DNA of 64,000 nucleotides from the human T2T-CHM13v2.0 reference genome, Homo sapiens, in the NCBI RefSeq assembly GCF_009914755.1, contig NC_060925.1; one strand, written 5' to 3'. Below the pieces are notes generated by a model that saw nothing but the letters and a program-made list of their open reading frames with translations, ran no database searches and had not been told where the DNA came from. This document shows positions 43,993 to 55,818 of the stretch, one piece after another. Made by a program: the position numbers and the translations under genes. Within the stretch, counting starts at the first letter, position 1; the number at the start of each line of letters is the position of its first letter.

Positions 43993-45182
43993 AATGAAAG
44001 CCTAAGCCATTAAAATCACCAGTCTTTTTTAAAGTCTTAAACGTATTCTTGCTTTACCTTAATTGGTAAGAGTAACTACTATTCAATCAGGTTTCAGAAC
44101 ACGCTGTGAGATTGAACTTGTTTAGGTCAAATTGCATCAAGGAGGGCTTCAGAACAAAGACTTTCTGCCCTTAGCACACCTGGCTTCCCCTTCCTTTGTA
44201 GCAGCCCGCAGAGTAAGGCAGGAGTCTACGTTGTTTCCTTAGTGTGACTCTCAGCCCAGCTGCTGAGTAGGAACAAAAGCATTTAAGAAAGATAAAAAGT
44301 GACTCTGACATTTTACCCAGATGTTGAGTAACAGCTAAAGACGGTACAAATAAAAATGTTTAATCATAATTTTAAAGGGACAATATAAATATAACAGCAT
44401 TTGACTTTTGGCAAAGGAAAAAAAAAAGATTTTGACCTTTGTAATGGGCAATTCTTAACTTATCAAAAAAAGCAATACCTCTGCATTGTGTTATGGGTTG
44501 GCTCTGGTCCAAAATGACTTCCTTCCAGCCAGTCTTTATAAAAATACAAGAGTAAAATGTTTATAATGAACTATTTTAAATACAAGAATGTGTCAAGTAA
44601 CTCTAATTAAACAGTTTTACATTGTTCATTAAGAGCCTCATCAAATATTTGGTTTTCTTCAGAAAATCTATCATATTATTTGTCCAAAATGAAGAATATT
44701 TAAATGATTCAATATATATTTTGACTTCTAAGATAGCTTACCATGCCAAGGCTTTTTAATGAAATGACTAAAATATTTTTTAATATTCTAAAGTCAAATA
44801 AACAAAATAAAACCTTTCACGGATTCTCAATTAACCCATCCACCATTCTTTAAACCTACAATTAATGACTTCTCTGACCTTCTTAATACTCTGTTCTCCT
44901 CCCATAACCTCATTAATAAATAATAGAAGTGACATTTTAGTGTTTTACATTAACGTACTAGAAGATACGGTCTTGTCAAAACACACATTAAAAAATAATT
45001 TTTTGCATCCTTAGAATTGGTTGAAATGTGTAGATAACCATTTTTTAATGATGTACCACTCTATATGTTCAATAAATTGTGAACAGAACCCTTTCCTAAC
45101 TAATCCTCAGTTTCTGGGCATAGGTTTTCACAATAATTTTTTTTCAAAAAATAAATTCAAGACTTGGAAAAAATGAAATATG

Positions 45183-45482
45183 GGCCAGGCGCGGTGGCTC
45201 ATGCCTGTAATTCTAGCACTTTGGGAGGCTGAGGCAGGCAGATCACCTGATGTCAGGAGTTCGAGACCAGCCTGACCAACATGGTGAAACCCCGTCTCTA
45301 CTAAAAATACAAATTTAGCCGGGCGTGGTGGCACATGCCTGTAATCCCAGCTACTCAGGAGGCTGAGGCAGGAGAATCACTTGAACCTGGCAGGCAGCGG
45401 TTGCAATGAGCAGAGATCGCGCCATTGCACTCCAGTCAGGGAAACAAGCGAGAAACTCCATCTCAAAAAAAAAAAAAAAAAG
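45183..45482 (+). mobile_element. AluSq/Sp-like, full length
   Basis: Complete dimer with poly-A tail. Perfect 14-bp TSD aaaaatgaaatatg (45169-45182 / 45483-45496). Confidence 0.97.
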
Positions 45483-47439
45483 AAAAATGAAATATGATGC
45501 ATCACTTGTTCTCCCTGAATAAACACTACCCAGAGTTAATATTATTAAAAAAGCACTTTTGAAGTAATAATAACACGTAACTCTAAATCTCAGAAAGCCT
45601 AATTTTTCAAGCTCTGGCCATGGAGGATGAAACACTAATCTAGTTAAACCAACTTCATTAAACTGCTAAAAGATAGCTAGTACGAACAATTCTATAAAAA
45701 CAACATTAATGATGAGATGCTGCCCTTGACTCTGAATTAGTGATTTTTAGTAAAAGAAAATGGAATTTTATTCAAGGCCTTATTTTTTACTGTGTGCCCT
45801 AATTAGAAATGGAACCAAAAGTAGGCTGTTAGACAGAAATCACTGGACATGAAATATGATTATTCATGGACTTGACATGGAATGCTCATTTGCCCAAAAG
45901 CACCATTGCCCCACATTCCTTCACATCCCTGTTTCCTTTCGCCTCTGCCTACTCCTCTGCATCCAGGTGAATCATTGCACAGTGGTGGGATTCTTATGTG
46001 CATCACAAAATACAAAAAAAAGAAGGAAGAAGAATATTACAATCACTATTAAAAGAGAAGTGTTCCTTTTATGTACTTCACAATGAACTTTGATTCAGGA
46101 TAGTGTTTTATTTGTCACATTGAATATGATTTATTCTAAACCTTTTAATGGAGAAATCTTGCTCATTGTGACAATCATAGCCTTCTTATGTCTTTTCCAT
46201 GGACTGCCCTTCTCCTTCCTCCATCTCTCCACAACAGGTGCTTCTTAAAGAATGGACGGGGTCAATGATTGTCAACATAGAACAAGAGATATAAAGGCAT
46301 TTCTAGCAAAATACAGGGAACAAGACCTTCATTATTGAAAAGGCAGATTTTCCTTGGAATTTACAGCATACAAAACTGGAGAAAGTGATTGTCTGTAGGA
46401 GGGTGGTGTTTGGAGCAGAGATGTGATGCTGGGATTGGCGGTTCATGGACCCTCAACCCCAGATGGCCCTGATTTACCTAGAGCCAAAGCAGTATGCTGC
46501 TGAGAGAGAGCCTGTTCATTTTCCACTTGAATGAAATCTGAAAGCCCAGAAATCTCACAAGAAACTTGGGTCTCACAAGGTTTTAAACCAAATTTTGCAG
46601 ATTCAGGAATGAAGTCAATCGAACTTGATAAAACTGTGTGCTTTGGGTTTTTCCCCCAACGTCTTCAAATGAAGCTTCTGTGCTTTTATATCAAGAACAG
46701 GGAGAGAATCATGTCTTTTTCAACCTGTCTCAGATCTCTCTCGTTAGCAATAACCATAGGCAAAGCTATTTTAAATACATTCTGCTGAAGGTGGGAAACA
46801 TCATTGACCTCTTTCCCTCTTCACTCTTGCTTGCTTCTTGACCACATAGTCTGATGACTCCTTGATAGGCATCCTGTTTTTTCACTACTCCCATGAACTG
46901 TGTTAAATGACATGGAGCTTGTCAGTGTGTTGCCTCAGGAAAAGGTGCCATGTACTCGTTGACATTGGACCTGTTATATGCTATTTGATGGGATCTGAGC
47001 TTTATTCAGTTTCAACTGGCAGGTCTTCCAGAGAACAGCAGGCATAGAATTAAATGTGTGATAGAGACAGTTGCTCCGCTCTGTTAGCAGGGCACTTAAA
47101 ATTACTCCATTTGTCTTTAATTAAACCCCATTTGATTTCCTTCAACTTTTTAAAGGTCTGATTAAATATTTAAATTTTGTATTTATTCTGAAATTATTCA
47201 TGCATTTTGTCTTAGCCAAAATACTAGTTTTTTTGGAGTTAGACACTCAAATACTGAAACATTTCTCTTTTTCCATTTGGAATTTGCTGTGACATAATCA
47301 TTGTTTGATGGATCAAAATGTTTAATACATTTAGTTATATTTAACATGTCATAATTTTTCCCTCAACCTTCATCTCATTTTTTTTCTCATCCATTGAACA
47401 TGAAGCCCTATGTAAGTATAGTCCAAGAAATAAAATTGT

Positions 47440-47645
47440 GCTTGCTATGTACCAGCCATTGTTTTAAGCCCTTTAACATGTATTTAATCATGTAATCCTC
47501 CTAACAACCTAATAAATAGGTATTAATTCTATCCACCACATGGAGGTTTAACACTTCGACCAAGGTCACAGTCTAGTGAGGGCAAGAGTTCCATCCAAGC
47601 AGCTCAGCTACAGAATCTGCACCCTTAACCATTATGCTATGCTTA
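47440..47645 (-). mobile_element. MIR
   Basis: tgcttgctatgtaccagccattgttttaagccctttaacatgtatttaatcatgtaatcctcctaacaacct...ccaaggtcacag...cttaaccattatgcta. Confidence 0.85.
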
Positions 47646-48458
47646 CTCTCCAGCCTCATAATTTCTTTCAGGGATAATTTATTTTAGGCTGTTGTAAATT
47701 GTCCTGGGAGATTTTGTATGTGTAGAAACCTGTTACGGAAGTATATAATTCTCTTGTGTTCCTTTAAATGGCTGATTGCACTGGAGCTACTTCTTGCTCA
47801 GTTAAAATGTCTTAAAATGATGAAGTGCTAAAGGAAAGTTTCTGTCACAAACACATTCCATTTAAAAAATACATGTACCGACTCCACTTTTACAAACAGT
47901 GCAATGTGACTTCTTTTTTCCAGATTATTTTAGACAAACATCAAAACCAGCAAGACAATAGATAAGTTGATTGACTCAAAAGTGGTGTGTTTTGAAGAGA
48001 GGGGGAAGTAAATGTGTACTGTCTAACCTTCATTCAAATAATTTCTGAGACATTTGTTGTTATTGAAGCAGTATGGGGAAGAAAGAATTTCAGATGGGGT
48101 GGTTAAAATTACAGTTCTGACTGACTTGACTGCTCTTACTGTGCTATTTAGAAAGATAATAAGTTGCCACCAAATGTGTTGTGATTTCATGATGGACGCT
48201 TGCTTTTGATTTGTTGGTTGAGTCTTCCATCTGGTGGCAGAATTTGTCTTGAATGCCACTACAGGGGAAGACTCTAGATCCGACATTAGCCACAAGTAGT
48301 GTTTCCTAAACCTAAGGCCTTCCGAATAAGTTCTCTTTTATTTAAAATTCATCTTTAGAAATATTAAATATTTTTCTCTTATTATGGCTGAGGGAATAAT
48401 TATTTCCTAAAGATTTGAAACTGTATGTATTTTATACCATATTGTTGGTGTTTCTTTG

Positions 48459-48650
48459 CAAGTATTTCTTAAATTGTGGTGGGGGATCAACTCATCAATT
48501 TTGGCATGGCTTATAAAAGGCAGATTCCTGAGCTTCATCCTAGACCTGCTTATTACTTATTAGAATCCTCTGAAATGAGACTCAAGGACCAATACTTGAA
48601 ATGAATATCCCAGGTAGTTTTTATACACAAAACACTAGGGGGGTTGGAGA
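48459..48650. mobile_element. MER5A-like hAT MITE
   Basis: aaaaggcagattcctgagcttcatcctagacctgct...agaatcctctg...cccaggtagtttttatacaca. Confidence 0.65.
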
Positions 48651-50620
48651 AAAGGGGGCTTAACTTAGGCTCTTTTAAAGCCATATTACTAGTATTATTC
48701 TCAGGTAAGGGAGAACTTCAAAATGCTAAATAAATGAAAATTATTACAGAATTATGATTCAACTACAGAGGTCCATCTTCTCAAAAGGATCTTGTAGACA
48801 AGACCATTGTCTGTACCTGCCCACAGCCATCAGTTTCCCTAGCCTGAAACATTCCTTCCATAACATCTTCAAACACTTTTAGAGGTAAAGTATAAAATAA
48901 TTATTTATTTATATACAAACATATGTGTGTATATAATATGTATCTATGTATGTTTGCCTGTGTGTGTATAATATAGACTAAGTTTATTCTCAAAATATAC
49001 TGTAGTTTTTCAAAAAATGATGTGACATTTGTTTTTAAAAATTACTTCCTATTTACCAGAACTTCCAGCTGGCACTATACTTTGTAGTAGCTGGCACTAA
49101 ATTGTTGAACCCTGCACATAAATTAGAATGTAAATCCAAATGTTTGAAAGGGGTCTGCCAATCAAAAAATCTTTTGAGTATATAGACAGTCTTTTTCTTA
49201 TCTCCTATTGGACAGAGGACCTGAGCTATACTTGTTTTAGCTGGAAGTCATTCCTTGTTTCTCTTACATGGTTAAATTATAAACAGCAGTTGCTTAAGGT
49301 GATAAAAACACATTCACATCAATGTGAATTTTAAAACGTGGGGAGGAGTTTCCATTCTCATCTACCTGTCTCAAGAAATAATGCAAAAGAATATACAAAG
49401 ATATTTTACCTTTAACAGCAATAATAAAATGATGGAAAATCATCTAACTTTAATAATAATAACAAAATAATAAAAACCATCTTTAACTATAATAACAAAA
49501 TAATAGCAAACCATATTGTTTTGCTCACATTGATCTCTCTGATTGAAATGCCCTTTATAAACATTTTTCTAGTGCTTCCCACACATTGTTATTTTACCGC
49601 TATTGCATGCCAGTCTAACTAGAACGTTCCCCTAAGGCTTTCTCAATTAATATTATGAGTCATCTTGCCTAGTTCAGAGGCAGCTGATTGTAGCCAGTCT
49701 TGAACTGTAGAGATACTACAGTTCCCCTCATTGTTTACTTTTTATTTTCACAGATATAATGGAAACAAAATTCAGAAACATAGTTTTGAAATGAAAATTT
49801 CCACATGTCAATATTCAGAGGACATGTTAATATTCAGAGGACATGTTTTGGTCAATGCTTAGAAAATTAAAACTACAGAGTCGTTTTAATTAAAGCTACA
49901 GAGTAATATTGTAATGTTTATATCAGTTGACACTTGATGGATAGATACTCTAGAAAGATAAAACAATATGTAAAGATTAAACTGTATTATTGTGGATCTC
50001 CTAGACTGGGAGCTTCTTGAAAGATTTTCTCACTTCTCTTTGTCTACCCATGCAGTACAGCACAATGTCTAGATCTCAGAATACAGACGCAGAAAAAATG
50101 AGTCTGTTAACTAGCTCAATTTATTGTGTGTTTGGCTAAGTTGCTTCAGTTTTCTCATGTATGAAATGGGAGTAAATACAGTACTTATCTCATGAGGGTT
50201 GGTAAGCCCCAAGACACAATAAACAGGTAACTCAGCATTTTTCTTAAAATGTTCTAAATTTTCAACATTGATTATTATTATTTATCAATAGAATATAGAT
50301 GAGGTTAATATTTTAATTAAGGTGAGTTTAAGACTGTCAGATGCACTCTCTAATCTGTCTTGGCTTTGTTTTTCTCCAAATATATTGTTTCCATATTCCT
50401 TTACTCACCTTGATCTCTCTGATTAAAATCGCCTTTATATACAGTTTACTAGTACTCTCCATGAAGAAAAATTCTTACTCATTGAGAAATGGAAGAGAAG
50501 GATAAGATAATACGGAAAATTACATTCTCAGAGATTTGAATGCTGAAATCAGCAGGTAATATATGATAATAGAGAAAGCTATCCCGAAGGTGCATAGGTC
50601 AACAATACTTGAGCCTAACT

Positions 50621-50829
50621 CAGTAGATCCTAAAAGAAAGCAATTTTTGCTGCTAACCTAACATTTCACAATGTCTGGAGACATTTACAGTTCCCACAAC
50701 CTATGGCAGTTACTGGCATCTACTAGAGGTCAGAGATGCTGGTAAATACTCTGTAATGAACAAGAAGCCCCCCATAGCAAATAAATACCCAGCCCAAGAT
50801 GGCAATAGTGCCCAGATTGAGAAACTTCA
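50621..50829 (+). mobile_element. MER20 (hAT-Charlie MITE)
   Basis: aatgtctggagacattt...cacaac...tactggcatctactagaggtcagagatgctggtaaa...cagcccaagatggcaatagtgcccagattgagaaac. Confidence 0.88.
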
Positions 50830-51803
50830 CCTTAACCTGATATCATGCAAATATATCTGAAGAAAGACACAAACATAACTAAAGAAAGATGATTACCAGA
50901 AGAGATATTCATAAATCTTAGAAGCATAGAAAAAGAAACACAAGGCAATGTTTTCAGTGTCCAGGCAATTATCTTCCTGGGAAAAGCTAGCCTACCAGAC
51001 CAACATGACTTTTGCACCTTGCTGGCAACCATTCTACTCTTCTGAAGAAGGAGACATCATTTGGACTCTAAAATCCCTTTTTCTGATTTCATACTCATCA
51101 AGAAATCTATCCATTTGGCTTAGTTTGTAGCTTATGCTGAAAAACGTGACTTGAGATTTCCTTCACTTGGAAATTGAGATTGCTTAATGTAGATTGACAT
51201 TCTCAACATTTGGACAATAGTGGGATCAATTATCTTAACTTGCAAAGCTGAAGATTATACCTCTGGGCAACAGTCAAATTACCAAGGTAAATGCTTAGTT
51301 GTAGTCAGCATGGGATGGTGTTGAACCACTAATTCCATTTTTTAAAGAGATATAGGGCTTTTCAGGTTCTCTTTTTCTTCTTGAGTGAGCTTAAGTAGTT
51401 TGTTTCTTTCAAGGAATTAAACTATTTCATATAAGGTGTCACATTTATTGGCATAAGCTTGTTCAAAATATTTCTTATTATCCTAATATCTGTAGATTTT
51501 GTAATGATATCACCTCTCACATTCCTATTTTAATATTTTCCTTCTTGTATTTTTTTCTTGATAACTCCAGCTAGAGTTTATCCATTTTATTGATTTCAAA
51601 GAGCCAGATTTTAGTTTCATTAATTTTCTCTGTTTTTTTACTCTGTTTTTTTATTTAATTGATTTATAGACTAATCTTTATTTTCTTTTTTTCTACTCCC
51701 TTTGAATTTAATTTGCTCTTCTGTCTCTAGTTTTTTTATTTAAGTAAAAGCTAAAATCATTGATTTGATATCATTCTTTTCTATTATCAGAATTTAGGGT
51801 ATA

Positions 51804-52411
51804 GAACAGACATGATGGCTCATTCCTGCAATACTAGCAGTTTGAGAGGCTGAGGTAGGAGGATAGCTTGAGGCCAGAAGTTGGAGGCCAACCTTGGCAA
51901 CATAGCAAGACCCTTTCTATATAAAAAATTTAAAATGAATGTTTTTATTTTCTTGGTGGGGCACACCTATAGTTCCAGCTACCTGAGAGGCTGAGTTGGG
52001 AAGAGTCTTGAATCCAGAAATTTGAGGCTGCAGTGAGCTGTGATCACTGCCTTCCAGATTGGGCAACAGAGTGAGACCCTGTTTTTTTTGTTTGTTTGTT
52101 GGTTTGTTTGTTTTTTTGAGACAGAGTTTCACTCTTATTGCCCAGGCTGGAGTGCAATGGCATGATCTTGGCTCACTGCAACCTCTCTGCCTCCCGGGTT
52201 CAAGTGATTCTCCTGCCTCAGCCTCCCGAGTAGTTGGGATTACAGGCATGTGCCACCATGTCTGGCTAATTTTGCGTTTTTGGTAGAGACGGTGTTTCTC
52301 CATGTTGGTCAGGCTGGTCTCGAACTCCCGACCTCAGATGATCCGCCTGCCTCAGCCTCCCAAAGTGCTGAGATTACAGGCGTTAGCCAGAGACCATGTT
52401 TCAAAAAAAAA
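51804..52411 (+). mobile_element. Diverged AluJ; its tail (52402+) is displaced by an antisense Alu
   Basis: J-type features (ggaggatagcttgaggccag, aacatagcaagaccc, gaggctgcagtgagctgtgatc); flanked by aatttagggtata / aaattaggaatata. Confidence 0.9.
52085..52389 (-). mobile_element. AluSp-like inserted antisense into the 3' end of the AluJ
   Basis: (TTTG)n tail, gagtttcactcttattgccc, ttctccatgttggtcagg. TSD gagaccctgttt (52073-52084) / gagaccatgttt (52390-52401). Confidence 0.95.
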
Positions 52412-52479
52412 GGAAGAAGAAGGAGGAGGAGGAGGAGGAGGAGAAAGGAAAAGAAAAAGAAAGAAAGAAAAAGAAAAAA
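52412..52479. repeat. (GAA)/(GGA)n/(GAAAA)n purine tract grown from the Alu tail
   Basis: Read directly. Confidence 0.9.
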
Positions 52480-55049
52480 TTAGGAATATAAAATTTCCCT
52501 AAGCATTATTTTAGTGGCATTCCACAAATGCTGCTATGTTGATTTTTCATTTCCATCCAGACAAAAATAGTGTTTAATTTCCTTTTCACTTTTTTGGCCC
52601 ACAGTTATTTAGTAGTTACTGAATTTACAAAATTTGGGGGATTTATCAGAAATATTTTTATTTTTATTTGAATGTTATTCCATTGTATCACAGAACATAA
52701 TTTGAATGACTTGAAAGTTTTAAGACTTATTAAGACTTATTTTATCATCCAGGCTATTGTCAATCTTGGTAAATGTTCTGTTTGTATGGGAAAAAAATGT
52801 ATAGTCTTCTATTGTTTAGTGGGGTGTTCTATAAATGTCAATTGGGTAAGAGAGTGGATACTTTTGTTCACTGGTTATTGGGCAACAGTGAACTCATCAA
52901 GGAAAATGTTGAATTCTAGGGTCCTATCTGGGAAGCCGTCTGGCTTTCTCCAGCTGATGTCTTATTTTTTATTGCTCAAAATTTTAGAAACTTATTGTTC
53001 AAAATTTTAGAAACTTCCAGTCTGGTCTTTTAGACCATGTACACACACATACTGCACGTGGTGAATGTACGTTATGCGGTGCACAGAAATGTAAGCATGT
53101 TTCCACATCTGGTCTTATCATAACTGCTCTTGTTCTGAACATTATATTTTCATATTATAGGTATAGAAAAAAAACAATGGTGGGTGAGATGGAAGAAATT
53201 AGAGGCTGTCTACCTCTCTAGCTCTCTTCCAAGCTAACAACCATACACATTTCTGCAGATTTTTCACTGCACAAGAATGTCTAGCTAAAGGGGAAAGAAG
53301 AGGATGAAGTCAAATTTCCACTCTGTTGGCTAAGCCTTGTCTTCTGATGTGGAGCTGTGTCTTTCCAAAATAAGAAATGTCTTCTTCCAATTTTAACCAC
53401 GCTATGCTGTCAGCAATTTTATATATCCAAAGAGAGATGCCTTATCCAATTATTCCAAACAAGTGACCAGTGGTGTTATATATTCTAATAGCAGCCCCCT
53501 TCTCCTTCATCCCTCATGCTACAGATGACCAAAAAAAAAAAAAACAAAAAAAAAAAACCATGGCTAAAGTGCTGAATCCACTTTACCTTAAACCATACAG
53601 GCAATAGAAACGTGTCCCAAAATGCACTATGGAAATAATTATTCTAGGTGAAATATCTATTTGGGTTTTTGCCCGCATATGTTTACTATTTATATTTAAC
53701 AATATTTGCTCTATTGATTTAAGAAAGACTTTATATGCTTAGATTTTTCTTCTTATTATATTGGTCTAATGCTGTAAAAAAATCACCAATTCTAATAACT
53801 TGAACATGAAGTTGTCAGGTGGGAATGTGCAGAACACAGATATTACAGAAATAAAGGGCATATATGATTATTTGAGGCAGTTTGATTCATTGTTTGGTTA
53901 AATTCATATTTCATTTCTGGGTAGCTTTACCATTACTAGGTTAGTTGAAGATAGACCATATACTGTAATGATTTTTACCACAAGGTTTATAGAAATAAAA
54001 CAATAAAGGCAGACATCACATCATTCCCAACCAAGAAGCTACAAAGTGAAACGTATTAAAATTTAATTTTCTGAATTCCATTGTATTTGCCATATTAGAT
54101 TTATGCATTATTTCATTTTCTTTCTGCTATAAAATTCATTAATTTTAATCCAGGATTAACAAAATAAGGAGGGGAGAATTGGTTTTCTGCAGCATCTTCC
54201 ATACTCAAAGTATCCTAACGTGTGTTATAAATAATGAATGAGATACTGTTAGAGTAGGGACTCTGTAGGCAAACAGAGTAGCCATTGTACAAACTGGCAA
54301 TAACACTCAAAAAAGATAAATACTAAAATGAAAGTCCTTTCCTGCCCTATCCGTTGTTCCTTTAAGTTTTGGTAAAACTTTTAAGTAAGTTGTTACCTGG
54401 GTGTAAATGTCATGTCTAAAGAGAAGGATCAGGGAATGGCAATTAGAAAATTCATTAATCAGGGTTGTATTTGTAGAGCACGATAATCATTTATTAGCCT
54501 AAGTAAAACTCCTGGGCTTTTTCACTTCTAAAATTTGTCCTTCTATAAGAAACTTGGGCTGAGTTTAGAACCCCTACCAAGCAATGCAAGAATGGGAGAC
54601 ACAGATTATAGCTCACAGAGACTTGTGAAATTCAAGCATATTGTCTTTTACTGCAGGCAGTAATGTATATAGTAAACTAAGATGAGTTTACCCTAAAAAA
54701 TATGTTTTTAATCAGGAAACAAACCTTAAACCTAACCAAAATGGGTGACTCCATGAATAGCAGTTTCCCACACACAAGTCTTAGTCTGTTTCTCTTTAGC
54801 TGTAATATAAGTATACAATGATTTGTGGAAATATGGCAGTAGCTTGAACACCATGATGAATGAGGGAGCCACTGGTAAACTTAGAAGAAGACAACTCCTT
54901 TGTAGCTCAAACCCCCTGAAACTCTTTAAATAAACTCTTTCAGGAGGAATTATACTAAAGAAATAATTAAGAAATAATTTGCCATTTTTCTGCTTTGGGA
55001 AAGTAACTCAACTGCTTAAAGACTAGCCTCTATTTCAAAGAAAAAAAAA

Positions 55050-55063
55050 TATGTATGTGTGTG

Positions 55064-55118
<55 letters not shown>
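55050..55118. repeat. Compound (TG)n(TA)n(AG)19 microsatellite
   Basis: Read directly. Confidence 0.95.
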
Positions 55119-55124
<6 letters not shown>

Positions 55125-55596
55125 GGTGGGGAGGGAGAGAGGGGAAAGATTAGTCAGGGGAATATTTCTCTACACGTTTATATATTAAGTTAAAAAGTGA
55201 ATTCATTAACATCTATTATATTGGCCAGAGGCCTTATCTGAAGTAATAGGTGAATCCAAAAGGACTACCAGCCACATAGGTTAATACTGAGAAGCCAAAG
55301 CCAGACTAGGTAAGGCTTGGCTGACATCCATGTGGTTGGAAGTATTTGTAGTCTGAGGGGTGTACATCGCAGTCAAAGAAAGGAGCCAAAATGGGTTAGA
55401 CAGGAATCGATGTGGTTTTTAGAGGGGCTATCTCAGAGGATATGTCCAAAGGACAAAGAAGAAGTCATAGAAGATGGGGTAAGAGTTCCAAAGCTGTGAT
55501 AATTAGGACCAGATCATGAGGCAGATTGGAAGGCAGAAACTGAAACTACAATACAATTACAGGATGTTGTCTGAGTGGCTCAGGTGCATTGATAAT

Positions 55597-55818
55597 GTGG
55601 GGTCAGCAATTTTTTTCTTTAAAGGGCCAGATAGCAAACGGTTTATGCTCTGTGGACTACATGGTTTCCAGGGCATCCACTCAACTTGGCCATTATGGCA
55701 TGAAAGAAGCCACAGCAGAATAACTGAATGGGTGTGGCTATGTTCCGATGACATTTTTTCTTGTGTAAACAGATGATGGTCTGGATTTGGCCATCAGAGT
55801 ATAAATTGCTAACCTCTG
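55597..55818. mobile_element. MER58A (hAT-Charlie MITE)
   Basis: ggggtcagcaattttttctttaaagggccagatag...ggatttggccatcagagtataaattgctaacctctg, with degenerate terminal inverted repeats. Confidence 0.88.

Larger units (their letters stand above)
51330..52870 (-). mobile_element. Ancient L1M ORF2 fragment hosting two Alus
   Basis: Antisense L1M motifs lie on both sides of the Alus (ctagagtttatccattttattgatttcaaagagccag; tcttggtaaatgttctgtttgtatgggaaaaaaatgtatagtc). Confidence 0.8.

Noticed and set aside
50460-51292. Possible plus-strand lncRNA exon(s) around MER20 (donor-like cag|gtaata near 50555 and aag|gtaaat near 51286)
   Set aside because: The donors are mediocre, I found no convincing paired acceptor, and I cannot assign a gene.
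51917-52502. ORFs with Arg/Lys/Gly-rich tails resembling NLS or protamine sequences
   Set aside because: They are translations of Alu sequence and the (GGA)n/A-rich tail.
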